Below, in pieces: positions 11,453 to 21,861 of a stretch of 64,000 bases of DNA. The translations under genes were made by a program, and so were the position numbers. The DNA lies in assembly GCA_043821285.1 (NCBI GenBank), contig JBDRCZ010000056.1, positions 792-64,791 of the forward strand, given 5' to 3'. Source of the stretch: Candidatus Omnitrophota bacterium (GTDB lineage: Bacteria; Omnitrophota; Gorgyraeia; B26-G9; JBDRCZ01). Numbering within the stretch: position 1 is the stretch's first letter; every line of letters starts with the position of its first letter. Under the pieces are notes generated by a model. The model was given only the letters and a program-made list of their open reading frames with translations. It did not search any database and was not told where the DNA came from.

Positions 11453-12352
11453 ATGTCCCAGCCAATAACTGTAACTAATCTTAAAAAAATAAAGCCCTAT
11501 AAAAAGGGTAAAGTAAGAGATATATATGAAGTCGGTGATAATCTTTTAATTGTGGCTACTGACAGAATTTCCGCTTTTGACTGCATTTTACCTACCGGTA
11601 TTCCTTTTAAAGGAAAGGTTTTAACGTTAATTTCAGATTTTTGGTTTAATTTTACAAGCTCGATTGTTAAGAATCACCTAATCAGTACATCGGTTTCAGA
11701 TTTCCCATCTCTGATAAATGAGTATAAGGATATTTTATTCAGCCGTTCAATGCTGGTTGAAAAGACACTCCCCCTGGCGATTGAGTGTGTGGTCAGAGGA
11801 TACCTTGCGGGTTCAGGATGGAAGGAATATAAAGAAAAAGGTGAGATTTGCGGCAATGTGATCCCCATGGGGCTAAAAGAGTCATCTAAACTACCAGAGC
11901 CGATATTCACCCCGGCAACAAAATCGGATGCCGGACACGATATAAATATAACGGAAGATGAAGCAAAAAAGATTATCGGGAATATTTTTGATGAAGTTAA
12001 AAGTATAAGTATCGAGATTTATAATGCCGCTTCGAACTTTGCATCTCAAAAAGGAATAATTATATCGGATACAAAGTTTGAGTTTGGGATAAAAGATGGC
12101 AAACTTCTTTTAATTGATGAAGTATTGACTCCGGACTCGTCACGTTTCTGGCCGCAGGATAAATATGAACCAGGCCGGGCACAGGAGAGTTTTGATAAAC
12201 AGTTTGTCCGGGATTATCTTGAGCATATTGCCTGGAATAAACTTCCCCCTGCGCCACCCCTGCCAGATGATATTGTTAAAAAAACCAGTGAGAAATATAT
12301 TGAGGTTTATAAGAGGATAACTGGCCGAGAATGGAACGATATAAACAGCTGA
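11453..12352 (+). CDS. purC: SAICAR synthetase
   Basis: KGKVRD, DRISAFD, DTKFEFG, DEVLTPDSSRFW. Confidence 0.98.
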   Translation: MSQPITVTNLKKIKPYKKGKVRDIYEVGDNLLIVATDRISAFDCILPTGIPFKGKVLTLISDFWFNFTSSIVKNHLISTSVSDFPSLINEYKDILFSRSMLVEKTLPLAIECVVRGYLAGSGWKEYKEKGEICGNVIPMGLKESSKLPEPIFTPATKSDAGHDINITEDEAKKIIGNIFDEVKSISIEIYNAASNFASQKGIIISDTKFEFGIKDGKLLLIDEVLTPDSSRFWPQDKYEPGRAQESFDKQFVRDYLEHIAWNKLPPAPPLPDDIVKKTSEKYIEVYKRITGREWNDINS

Positions 12353-13011
12353 TCATTTTACTATCTTTTATATTTTTGAATGGCTGTGTGTACATAACCT
12401 CTTCAGTTCCGACAAATTTACCTGTTTTGGAACCAATACCACAGGGAATTTATCACACGATTGAAACCGGACAGACATTGTGGCGGATTTCTCAAGCGTA
12501 TAACATACCATTAGCTGAAATTATCCGTGCGAATAACATTACTGACGTTACCCAGATTAAAACCGGGGCAAACATATTTATCCCGGGAAAAGACGAAACG
12601 TTAAAGATTGAACCGTATAAAAGAGAAAAGATGAGGGATAAATTTGAGGCATTTATTTGGCCGGTTAAAGGCCGGATAACTTCGTTTTATGGCCGAAGAG
12701 GACGCCGTCGGCATTATGGGATAGATATTGCCGTACCTATTGGAAAAAATATATCTGCCTCGCGTTCAGGCAAGATTACCCGTGCCGGGCGCTGGGGTAC
12801 ATATGGAAAGATTGTTGAAATTGACCATGGTGATGGCTATACCACACGCTATGCGCATAATTCAAAAATTTTGGTAAAAAGAGGACAATGGATAAAACAA
12901 GGACAGGTGATTGCAAAATCTGGTTCTTCAGGGAAGTCCACCGGGCCGCATTTGCACTATGAGATACGTTATAACAACAAACCGGAGAACCCGGTATATT
13001 TTTTGCCTTAA
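12331..13011 (+). CDS. LysM + M23 peptidase lipoprotein
   Basis: LNGC lipobox, LysM, HYGID, YAHN, STGPHLHYE. Confidence 0.93.
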   Translation: MERYKQLIILLSFIFLNGCVYITSSVPTNLPVLEPIPQGIYHTIETGQTLWRISQAYNIPLAEIIRANNITDVTQIKTGANIFIPGKDETLKIEPYKREKMRDKFEAFIWPVKGRITSFYGRRGRRRHYGIDIAVPIGKNISASRSGKITRAGRWGTYGKIVEIDHGDGYTTRYAHNSKILVKRGQWIKQGQVIAKSGSSGKSTGPHLHYEIRYNNKPENPVYFLP

Positions 13012-13227
13012 AAAATCGCACCAGAATTTTCCACGGCTTGCTTCCAAGAATGAATGGCGAAAGATTGGCTGCGGTATATAACGCCTGATCGGCGATTTTT
13101 TAGTGCGAAATTGGATAAAATAAATACGCTTTCGTTCGCCAATGTAAAGAGTCAGATACGCCTTTGGCGTATCCGTGTATGAAGATTTTCCTTTGCTTGC
13201 GAAGGGGGATTTTCATGGAGGGTAATA

Positions 13228-13671
13228 ATGGGGAAGAGTTTTTGTGTAGTTATTCTTGGGTTGATGATATTAGGATTTAATGGTTGTGCGACAACTCGTA
13301 GCAGTGACCGGGAAGAACTGGAAAAAATGCAGAGGCATGTATTCGAGTTAGAGACGGAGCTTAAGAGGCAAAAAGAGAAAAACCAGATGCTGCAAAGAGA
13401 ACTTAGCTGCGATAAAGATCGCACCACAGAAAGTTCTTCCTTGCCCGGCGGTAAATTGACAAAGAATAAAGAAATTTCTAAAGAAGCGGTAAAACAGATC
13501 CAAACCGCACTGCGCAATGCCGGCTATTATACAGGAACGGTAGATGGGATAATCGGTCCGCGGACAAAAAAGGCAATAAAGACTTTCCAGAAAAAACATG
13601 GTTTAATCGCGGATGGCGAAGTCGGTAATAAAACATGGTTTAAGCTTAGCAAGTACCTTTATAAAAAGTAA
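13228..13671 (+). CDS. Peptidoglycan-binding domain lipoprotein
   Basis: FNGC lipobox; IQTALRNAGYY.G.VDG..GPRT domain, paralogous to 9811..10251. Confidence 0.88.
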   Translation: MGKSFCVVILGLMILGFNGCATTRSSDREELEKMQRHVFELETELKRQKEKNQMLQRELSCDKDRTTESSSLPGGKLTKNKEISKEAVKQIQTALRNAGYYTGTVDGIIGPRTKKAIKTFQKKHGLIADGEVGNKTWFKLSKYLYKK

Positions 13672-13799
13672 CTCAGAGTTTTAATATTAACAAAATATTT
13701 ATATAAAATTAATACCAATGCTGCAGGTGCGGTGTTTACTTTGGTGTTTTTTGAAAATTTTGAAAAAAAACCATTTTTCTTACTGGCCGTGAAAAAATC

Positions 13800-13828
13800 T
13801 TGACAAAACTATTATTTTTTAGTATGTT
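13800..13828 (+). promoter_or_regulatory. Sigma70-type promoter
   Basis: TTGACA-N17-TATGTT upstream of the DUF4912 gene. Confidence 0.6.
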
Positions 13829-13908
13829 AGTACCACTGTACAGAATTACCGTTTAGACCTATTATTATTGCTAAAAAATAATCGTTAATATTTTAGAGGA
13901 GAAATATT

Positions 13909-14976
13909 ATGGCAAAAAAAAAGCCTGCCTCTTCAGGAAAAACCGAAATAGTTAAAAAAGCAACAGCTGTCTTCAAGAAAAAAGATAAAATTCAGTCACC
14001 AGAAATAAAAAAACAACCGCAGAAAATTATCCCGCAAATAAAGAAAATCAGAAAATTCAGTTATCCTTTCAGTAAAAATGATTCTTCAACACAGATACAG
14101 GAGAGTAAATTTTATACGGGTGTTCAGCCAGCAGCGGCTGAGGCCGTTGACACCGAAACACCGCCTTATGAGTTAAATGAAGTGCCTGCGGGATACGGCG
14201 ATAATCTTATCGTTTTGCAAGTCCGTGACCCTTACTGGGCGCATGCTTACTGGGAAATAAGTCAGGAAAAAAGAACCGAGATAGAAAAAAAATATTTTTT
14301 GTCGCTGGATTTAGCCAGATGTGCTTTAAGAGTCTATGATGTAACCGGGGTAAGATTTAACGGTACGAATGCGAATTTTTATTTTGATGTTGAAATAAAC
14401 AATGTTGCCGATAACTGGTATATAAATTTAAATAAACCCGGACACAGTTTTTGCGTTGATTTAGGTATTTTTACTGCCAGTGGTGATTTTGTGGTGATTG
14501 CCCGTTCGAATGTAATAAATACTCCGCTGGATGGTCCAAGTAATATTGTTGATGAAGAATGGATGGTAGTGGAAGAAGATTTTAATAAATTGTATGGTAT
14601 GGCCCAGGGGATAGGGATGGGTTTAAGTTCCGCAGAACTTAGAGAGCTGGTTAAGGAAAGAATGAAATTAGAAATATCTTCTGGGGCAGTATCTTCTGGG
14701 GCAGTATCTTCCGGCGGTATTAGTGGTCTTAAAAGAAAACGTAAATTTAGACTCATCGCGGATACCGAGCTTATTGTTTACGGAGCGACGGAACCGGATG
14801 CAAAGTTGACCGTGCAAGATAAACCGATAAAATTAAATCCTGATGGAACCTTTAGTCTGCGGTTTGCCCTTCCTGATGGAAAACAAATAATACCAATAAA
14901 AGCCGCCTCTTCTGACGGCCTTGAGGAACGTGAGATTGTGTTTACGGTTGAAAGAAATAAAAAAGAATTAAGATAA
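13909..14976 (+). CDS. DUF4912 domain protein
   Basis: YGDN.IVL.VRDPYWAHAYWE, LRVYDVT, IARSN, ELIVYGATEPDA; usual neighbour of GH57. Confidence 0.88.
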   Translation: MAKKKPASSGKTEIVKKATAVFKKKDKIQSPEIKKQPQKIIPQIKKIRKFSYPFSKNDSSTQIQESKFYTGVQPAAAEAVDTETPPYELNEVPAGYGDNLIVLQVRDPYWAHAYWEISQEKRTEIEKKYFLSLDLARCALRVYDVTGVRFNGTNANFYFDVEINNVADNWYINLNKPGHSFCVDLGIFTASGDFVVIARSNVINTPLDGPSNIVDEEWMVVEEDFNKLYGMAQGIGMGLSSAELRELVKERMKLEISSGAVSSGAVSSGGISGLKRKRKFRLIADTELIVYGATEPDAKLTVQDKPIKLNPDGTFSLRFALPDGKQIIPIKAASSDGLEEREIVFTVERNKKELR

Positions 14977-15002
14977 CCTGTAGTTTACTACAGGTTATCT
15001 TA
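14969..15002. terminator. Perfect hairpin overlapping the stop codon (REP-like/terminator)
   Basis: taagataacctgtag-ttta-ctacaggttatctta. Confidence 0.6.
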
Positions 15003-15467
15003 ATGAACGGAAAATGCAGGTATTTTCCGGGTTGTTAGACTGATTGTTTTTTAGCCACGGATAAAACACGGATTTTTAATAAGTAAATTGCTTAAATTCT
15101 ACTGCTCGCCTTCCAAAATTTATTCCTTAGCCTCAGTGGGGATTTTTGTTATTGCTAACACCCACTAAAAATTTACATTAGAAATATTAAATAGTGGTAA
15201 CTTAATGGTTAAAAAAAATAAATGTTTCAAAAAGATATATGCAAGTTTCGGGATATCTCGATAACGAGTCTAAAACCTATATGGGTTTAGATAATAAATC
15301 CTTCGGGCAAATTTTGCATTAGACAAAATTTGGGTTTAATTGATGTTGTATTTACGCCTCATCTTTTTTTCTCCGTGTTCAATCCGTGAAAATCTGTGGC
15401 TTTATATCTTTTATTTGGCGGCTGTAAGGAATTTTTTTATTTTTTGCGCCGCAAAAAATAATTTGGG

Positions 15468-15496
15468 TTGAATTTATGTATATCTTATGCTATATT
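15468..15496 (+). promoter_or_regulatory. Sigma70-type promoter
   Basis: TTGAAT-N17-TATATT with extended -10 TG. Confidence 0.5.
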
Positions 15497-15631
15497 AACA
15501 CAATATGTATAATAACCCTCATCTCCATAAAAAGTCTATGCCAGAGCCTGTACCTTTGGGGTACAAAGGGTAACAGGTATCCGGGGTTATGGAGGTACCA
15601 CAGAATCACTGTGGAAAGACGTAAGAGGTAA

Positions 15632-17221
15632 ATGATGAGTGAAAAAGGTTATTTAAGTATTGTTCTTCATGGACATTTGCCGTTTGTGCGCCATCCGGAG
15701 CATGAAGATTTTTTGGAAGAGAACTGGTTGTATGAAGCAATCACCGAGACTTATATTCCTTTGATTGATATTTTTGAGTCGTTAGTTAAAGACAATGTTG
15801 ATTTTCGCATAACCCTGGGACTTACCCCGCCGCTTTTATCCATGCTTACGGATAGTCTCCTGCAGGATAGATATCTTCGCTACTTGGATCGTTTAGTTGA
15901 ACTTGCCAGCCGGGAAGCAGAACGTACACAGTGGCAGCCGGAGTATCATCAACTTGCCTTGCACTACTTGAGTAAAATTAATCATGTGCGCTATCTGTTT
16001 AAAGAAAAATACGAAAAGAATATTATAACGGCATTTAAAAAATTAGCTGTTCTGGGTAAGGTTGAAATAATTACTTCTGCGGCAACACATGGGTATATGC
16101 CACTGATGGATGTTTGTATGGAATCAATACGTGCTCAGATTCGTGCCGGCGTGGTTCAGTATCAAAGAATATTCGGCTGGAAGCCTAAAGGTATCTGGCT
16201 GCCGGAATGTGGATATACGCCGCAGATAGATAATATTCTTAGAGAAAATGGCTTGCGTTATTTTTTTGTTGATGCGCATGGAGTATTACATGGTATTCCG
16301 CGTCCTAAATATGGTGTTTTTGCCCCGGTATATTGCCGCTCGGGGGTGGCGGCTTTTGGACGGGACATGGAGTCATCTAAACAGGTATGGAGCGCAGTTG
16401 AAGGATATCCGGGTGACTATGTATATAGAGAATTTTACCGTGATATTGGTTTTGATTTGGATTTTGAATATATTAAACCCTATATCCATAAAGATGGAAT
16501 AAGGATAAATACCGGGATAAAATATTATCGGATTACTGGCCGGGGAATTGAACATAAAGAGCCGTATGACCCGCACGTGGCCAGAGATCGGGCAGCAGAA
16601 CATGCTGGTAATTTTATGTTCAATCGTGAAAAACAGGTAGAATATCTTTATGACCTAATGAAGAAAAAACCAATTATTGTTTCTCCATATGATGCGGAAC
16701 TTTTTGGACACTGGTGGTATGAAGGCCCGCAGTGGCTCAATTTTCTGTTTCGGAAAATACACCATGACCAGAATATAATTAAAACGATTACGCCATCGGA
16801 ATATCTGGAAAAATTTCCCCGTAATCAGGTCATTACCCCTTCGGTATCAAGCTGGGGATGGAAGGGTTACAGCGAGGTTTGGCTTGAAGGTTCTAATGAT
16901 TGGATATATAGGCACCTACATAAGGCGTCATGGAGAATGACCGAGCTGGTACATGCCTACCCCAATGCCTCTAATTTGTTGAGACGTGCCCTAAATCAGG
17001 CCTTAAGAGAGTTATTACTTGCCCAAAGTTCTGACTGGGCATTTATTATGAAAACGCAGACTCATGTGCCGTATGCGGTGAAACGTACAAAGGACCATAT
17101 TTTACAGTTTACAAAATTATATCATCAGATTAAGCATAACGCGGTTAATGAAGACTGGCTTTCAACTATTGAATATACCGATAATATTTTCCCAAATATT
17201 GACTACCGGATACATAAGTAA
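15632..17221 (+). CDS. GH57 1,4-alpha-glucan branching enzyme (DUF1957)
   Basis: HGHLP, EENWL, GIWLPEC, YDAELFGHWWYEG, QSSDWAF. Confidence 0.95.
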   Translation: MMSEKGYLSIVLHGHLPFVRHPEHEDFLEENWLYEAITETYIPLIDIFESLVKDNVDFRITLGLTPPLLSMLTDSLLQDRYLRYLDRLVELASREAERTQWQPEYHQLALHYLSKINHVRYLFKEKYEKNIITAFKKLAVLGKVEIITSAATHGYMPLMDVCMESIRAQIRAGVVQYQRIFGWKPKGIWLPECGYTPQIDNILRENGLRYFFVDAHGVLHGIPRPKYGVFAPVYCRSGVAAFGRDMESSKQVWSAVEGYPGDYVYREFYRDIGFDLDFEYIKPYIHKDGIRINTGIKYYRITGRGIEHKEPYDPHVARDRAAEHAGNFMFNREKQVEYLYDLMKKKPIIVSPYDAELFGHWWYEGPQWLNFLFRKIHHDQNIIKTITPSEYLEKFPRNQVITPSVSSWGWKGYSEVWLEGSNDWIYRHLHKASWRMTELVHAYPNASNLLRRALNQALRELLLAQSSDWAFIMKTQTHVPYAVKRTKDHILQFTKLYHQIKHNAVNEDWLSTIEYTDNIFPNIDYRIHK

Positions 17222-17323
17222 ATGCAAAAATCAAATATCAAAAATCAAAATGGGAAATTTTCTTTTAGTCTCCATTTTTTTTAAAAAATGGAGAGGATAA
17301 ATTAATGCCGAAGGCAGTAATTT

Positions 17324-18037
17324 ATGTTAGACAAAAACAATATCCCCGCACATATTGCGATTATCATGGATGGCAATGGCCGCTGGGCGCATAAAAGGCA
17401 TCTTACGCGGCTTAAAGGACATGAAGCCGGAGTAGCTACGGTAAAAAAAATAGTGCGTGAAGCCGGAGATTTAGGGGTTAAGATATTAACCCTTTATACA
17501 TTTTCACAAGAAAACTGGAAACGTTCACGAAATGAAGTATTTGGCTTAATGAGTATTTTAAAGATTTATCTAAAAAAAGATATAAATCTGCTAAGGGAAA
17601 ATAAGGTTAAATTGAATGTTATCGGCGACTTAAACGGTTTCCCGAAACCGATACAGCAGGTATTAAAATGGGCGATAGATGAAACAAGGCAGGGGACGGG
17701 ACTGTTGCTTAACCTGGCTTTGAATTATGGTGCACGTCTTGAAATTGTTCATGCGATAAAAAAAATCGCGAAAAAAGTTCGAAATAATGAAATGAGATTA
17801 TCGGAGATAAATGAGCAAGTTATCTCGGATAATTTGTATACGGCCGGTTTACCGGATCCGGATTTATTAATCAGGACAAGCGGAGAATTACGGCTGAGTA
17901 ATTTTCTGCTCTGGCAGTGTTCGTATACAGAATTTTATTTTTCCAAAAGATTATGGCCGGAGTTTACCACCGATGATTTTCATGATGCAATATTTTCTTA
18001 TCAAAACCGCCATCGACGCTATGGGGGAAGAGAATGA
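17324..18037 (+). CDS. uppS: Undecaprenyl diphosphate synthase
   Basis: IMDGNGRW, FSQENW, RTSGELRLSNF. Confidence 0.97.
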   Translation: MLDKNNIPAHIAIIMDGNGRWAHKRHLTRLKGHEAGVATVKKIVREAGDLGVKILTLYTFSQENWKRSRNEVFGLMSILKIYLKKDINLLRENKVKLNVIGDLNGFPKPIQQVLKWAIDETRQGTGLLLNLALNYGARLEIVHAIKKIAKKVRNNEMRLSEINEQVISDNLYTAGLPDPDLLIRTSGELRLSNFLLWQCSYTEFYFSKRLWPEFTTDDFHDAIFSYQNRHRRYGGRE

Positions 18038-18852
18038 ATGATGTAATGCTTGGCCGGAGATTTTTTAGTTCGATAGTCTTGACCTTTGTGGTGATCCTGG
18101 CAGTTTTCTTTTTGCCGGGATGGTTTTTTAGTTTGATTGTTACGCTTTTGATTGCCTTTGGATTGCATGAATTTTATACGTTAATTGAAAAAAAAGGCCT
18201 ATTGATTTATAAATATTTTGGTATTTTTATTGGCGTGTTGCTGCCGATAACTATTTTTCTTAGATTTGAACCGACGAAAGGCTGGGAATTATTTTTTATT
18301 ACTTTTGTAACGTTCATGCTCTTTATCGCCCAATTTGCCCGGCGGGACAGTTCGCAGGCAATTGTCGGGATATCCACGACAATGTTTGGCATATTTTATG
18401 TAAGCTGGTTTTTTAGTTTCTTGATAAAAATAAAATATTTGCCTTACGGGGGCGCGCTGGTTAGTTTTTTGCTGCTAGTTACAAAATCCGGTGATATTGG
18501 GGCGTATTTTATCGGCACAAAATTCGGCCGGCATTCTTTAATTCCGAGAATTAGTCCTTCAAAGTCAATCGAAGGTACGATTGGTGGACTGCTCTGCAGT
18601 GTTTTTGCGGCAGCGGTAAGCGGTATATATTTAAATCAAGTACCGTTTGTGCATCTGATGACGATGGGCTTAGGGTTAGGGATAATTGGCCAGATTGGTG
18701 ATCTTTGTGAGTCATTGATTAAACGAGACTGCAATGTAAAAGATTCCGGTACATCCCTGCCTGGCATGGGCGGAGTTTTGGATTTAATTGATAGTCTTTT
18801 ATTTTCTACGCCAATTTTTTATTTTTATATCAGTCACTTTAACCTCTCATGA
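18034..18852 (+). CDS. cdsA: Phosphatidate cytidylyltransferase
   Basis: Multiple TM helices; ISPSKSIEG, GDL.ES.IKR...KDSG..LPG.GG.LD. Confidence 0.96.
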   Translation: MNDVMLGRRFFSSIVLTFVVILAVFFLPGWFFSLIVTLLIAFGLHEFYTLIEKKGLLIYKYFGIFIGVLLPITIFLRFEPTKGWELFFITFVTFMLFIAQFARRDSSQAIVGISTTMFGIFYVSWFFSFLIKIKYLPYGGALVSFLLLVTKSGDIGAYFIGTKFGRHSLIPRISPSKSIEGTIGGLLCSVFAAAVSGIYLNQVPFVHLMTMGLGLGIIGQIGDLCESLIKRDCNVKDSGTSLPGMGGVLDLIDSLLFSTPIFYFYISHFNLS

Positions 18853-18876
18853 ATTAATACCGAAAACAATAATTTA

Positions 18877-20043
18877 ATGAAAAATATATCAATTTTAGGC
18901 TCTACCGGTTCAATTGGCGTAAATGCCCTGCGGATTGTCGATTTATATAGAGATAAATTTAACATTGTTGCTCTGAGTGCCTGTACTAATGTTGAGCTTT
19001 TGTCTGAACAGATTAAAAAATATCATCCGCAAATTGTCGCGGTGCGGGATGAAGAGATTGTAAAGAAATTACGCCGGAGAATAAGAGCCAAAAATGTTAA
19101 AATATTATCCGGTATTGAAGGGTTAATTGCGGTTGCTTGCATTAAAAGTTCAGATTTAGTCGTTATTGCCACTGCCGGAAGTTTGAGTTTATTTGCCGTA
19201 CTTGAAGCAATCAAAAGAAAAAAGACGATTGCCTTGGCAAATAAAGAGCCCCTGGTTATGGCCGGTGAAATTATTGTCGGCCTGGCAAAAAAAAACAAAG
19301 TTAAAATCATCCCGATTGATAGTGAACATTCGGCAATATTTCAATGTTTGTCCTTACAACGGACGAATGAATTAAAAAAGATTTATCTAACTGCTTCTGG
19401 AGGTCCGTTCTATAAATTGCCGCAAAAATGTTTTAGGAATATTAGGTTAAAACATGCCCTGCAGCATCCCCGCTGGAAGATGGGGAAAAAAGTCACGATT
19501 GATTCAGCAACAATGATGAATAAGGGGCTGGAAATAATTGAGGCAAAGTGGTTGTTTAACGTTTCCATAGATAACATCGAAATATTAATTCATCCGGAGG
19601 CAATCATTCATTCTATGGTCGAATTTGTCGATGGCTCGATTATTGCCCAACTGGGTATTACGGATATGCGCCTGCCGATACAATATGCTTTGACTTATCC
19701 GAATAGGTTGCCTTCGAGGTTAGATCATGTTGATTTTACCAAGACTAAAAGGCTTTCCTTTGACCGGGCGGATGTGTGTAAGTTTCCCTGCCTTAAAATA
19801 GCTATCCGTGTTGCTTATGAGTTAGGGATAATGCCGGCCGTGTTAAATGCAGCCAATGAAGTTCTCGTCGAGCTGTTTCTTAAAGAAAAAATAAGATTTA
19901 CCCAGATACCGTTATATTTAAATAAAGTGCTTAAAAAATTTAAGAATGTAAAAAATCCTGATTTAGATCAGATATTATCCGCAGACCAAATGGCGCGAAG
20001 AGAGACAGAAAACCTTGTCCACTTCGGGAGTGGACGAGGTTAA
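18877..20043 (+). CDS. dxr: 1-deoxy-D-xylulose-5-phosphate reductoisomerase
   Basis: GSTGSIG, LANKE, DSEHSA, NKGLE. Confidence 0.97.
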   Translation: MKNISILGSTGSIGVNALRIVDLYRDKFNIVALSACTNVELLSEQIKKYHPQIVAVRDEEIVKKLRRRIRAKNVKILSGIEGLIAVACIKSSDLVVIATAGSLSLFAVLEAIKRKKTIALANKEPLVMAGEIIVGLAKKNKVKIIPIDSEHSAIFQCLSLQRTNELKKIYLTASGGPFYKLPQKCFRNIRLKHALQHPRWKMGKKVTIDSATMMNKGLEIIEAKWLFNVSIDNIEILIHPEAIIHSMVEFVDGSIIAQLGITDMRLPIQYALTYPNRLPSRLDHVDFTKTKRLSFDRADVCKFPCLKIAIRVAYELGIMPAVLNAANEVLVELFLKEKIRFTQIPLYLNKVLKKFKNVKNPDLDQILSADQMARRETENLVHFGSGRG

Positions 20044-20145
20044 GGTTATGTACGCAAAGCCGCAAAGTAGTAAAGAACGAGAAATATAAAAGAATTTTGT
20101 ATTATGTAAATTCTGTCAAAAACATTGAAGGACAGATATTAAATT

Positions 20146-21591
20146 ATGCGAATATTTAGGAAAGTATTTTTAACCAGCTCTATTCTGTTAAATATTGCGG
20201 TTTTTTCTTTAGGAATGTCGCCGGAATTTTTCGAAAATTTGACCGGGATTGTGACCTTTATTTTTGTTTTGAGTATTCTTGTCCTCGTGCATGAAGCCGG
20301 GCATTTTTTTATTGCTAAAAAAGCAGGGATAAAGGTAGAGGTCTTTTCTTTAGGATTTGGCCGGAAGATTTTGAAACGGAAAATTGGCGATACCGAGTAT
20401 TGCCTTTCCAGTCTGCCGCTCGGCGGTTATGTAAAAATGGCCGGGGATGAACCGCAGGAAGAACGCGAAGGAACCCCCTGGGAATATTTATCTCAACCAC
20501 CGGGAAAAAGGGCGTTGGTGGTGTTTGCCGGACCATTGATGAATTATATTTTTGCCTTTTTTGTATTTGCCCTGGTGCTTTTTATCGGCAAACCAGAGTC
20601 ATCTACAAAAATTGGCCCGCCAGAGGAGGGTAAACCGGCCCAACTATCAAATCTTTTAATCGGAGATGAGATAATTGCGATAAATAAAATAAATGTACGT
20701 TCGTGGTATGAAATGGTCGAAACAATACGCAATAATAAAAATCCCAGAAAACAGCTTACAATTAAAAGAGGGACGCAGATATTTGATGTGGTAGTTCAGG
20801 CAAACATGGAAGAGAAAAAGGATATTTTAGGCCGGGATATTTATGTGCCGGTCATTGGTGTTGTGCCTTATTTTTCCCGGACCGTAGAAGGATTCACAAA
20901 AGATTCTCCGGCAAAAGATATCGGCTTACAAGTAGGCGATGAAATTGTTTCGGTTGAGGGAGAGGATGTTTTAGATGGGTTGACAATATTGGATCTAATT
21001 TCCCAAAAACAGGACAAGATAAAATTAAGCGTGCTCAGAGATGGTAAAAAGATTGATTTCCAGGTTGTGCCGGATATTATAACGGTTAAAGAAAATGATG
21101 AAAAATTAGCTGATCTTGGAATAATATTTTCACAGGATATCGTTATATTAAAATATGGCATCTGGGGAGCGTTTTCTCATGCCGGGGGTGAAATTTTTAA
21201 ATTAACCCGGCTTACTTATACTGCTTTTGGCCGGTTATTTACCGGTAAGATGTCGCTTAGAAAAGCCGGGACAGGGCCGGTAGGCATTGCGTTTATTTCT
21301 ATTCAAATTGCCGCAAAAGGAATAATTTATGTATTGCTCTTACTGGCATCATTAAGTGTTAGTCTGGCAATTGTTAACCTTCTTCCATTCCCGGTGCTTG
21401 ACGGCGGTCATATCTTATTTTTACTTATTGAAAAAATCAGAGGTAAGGCACTCTCTTTACAAGTGCAGGAAAATATAAATAAAATAGCAGTTGCGCTGTT
21501 GATCTTGCTTTTTTTGTACATTACATGGTCAGATCTTGAAAAATTTAAGATTATTGATAATATAATAAAAAAATTTCCTTTACATAAATGA
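20146..21591 (+). CDS. rseP: RIP metalloprotease RseP (M50, two PDZ domains)
   Basis: HEAGH, GGYVKM, NLLPFPVLDGGH; synteny with dxr. Confidence 0.95.
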   Translation: MRIFRKVFLTSSILLNIAVFSLGMSPEFFENLTGIVTFIFVLSILVLVHEAGHFFIAKKAGIKVEVFSLGFGRKILKRKIGDTEYCLSSLPLGGYVKMAGDEPQEEREGTPWEYLSQPPGKRALVVFAGPLMNYIFAFFVFALVLFIGKPESSTKIGPPEEGKPAQLSNLLIGDEIIAINKINVRSWYEMVETIRNNKNPRKQLTIKRGTQIFDVVVQANMEEKKDILGRDIYVPVIGVVPYFSRTVEGFTKDSPAKDIGLQVGDEIVSVEGEDVLDGLTILDLISQKQDKIKLSVLRDGKKIDFQVVPDIITVKENDEKLADLGIIFSQDIVILKYGIWGAFSHAGGEIFKLTRLTYTAFGRLFTGKMSLRKAGTGPVGIAFISIQIAAKGIIYVLLLLASLSVSLAIVNLLPFPVLDGGHILFLLIEKIRGKALSLQVQENINKIAVALLILLFLYITWSDLEKFKIIDNIIKKFPLHK

Positions 21592-21861
21592 TTGATTGCT
21601 CTATCAAGATTATAGGATATTACAGCCGGGTAATCAGACTTTGCAGTATCGGAAATTTTTTTATCTGCTTGAAAACTGTCGTGTTCAAGCTTTCCCTTTT
21701 GAGATTAGAACATTTAATATTAGAAATTATTTAGGATTTAGTGCTTCGAATTTGGAATTTCAAGGCTTTGCTTGCAATCTCTGATTGCATATTAAAAGGA
21801 TACGTAATTTTGACAAAACGTATTACTTTATGATAAAGGAACAGGGAATTATTAAGCTATA

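Noticed and set aside
14676-14715. 15-bp tandem repeat in DUF4912 (SSGAV x2-3) and aataataaa x3 at ~27880
   Set aside because: Ordinary low-complexity slippage
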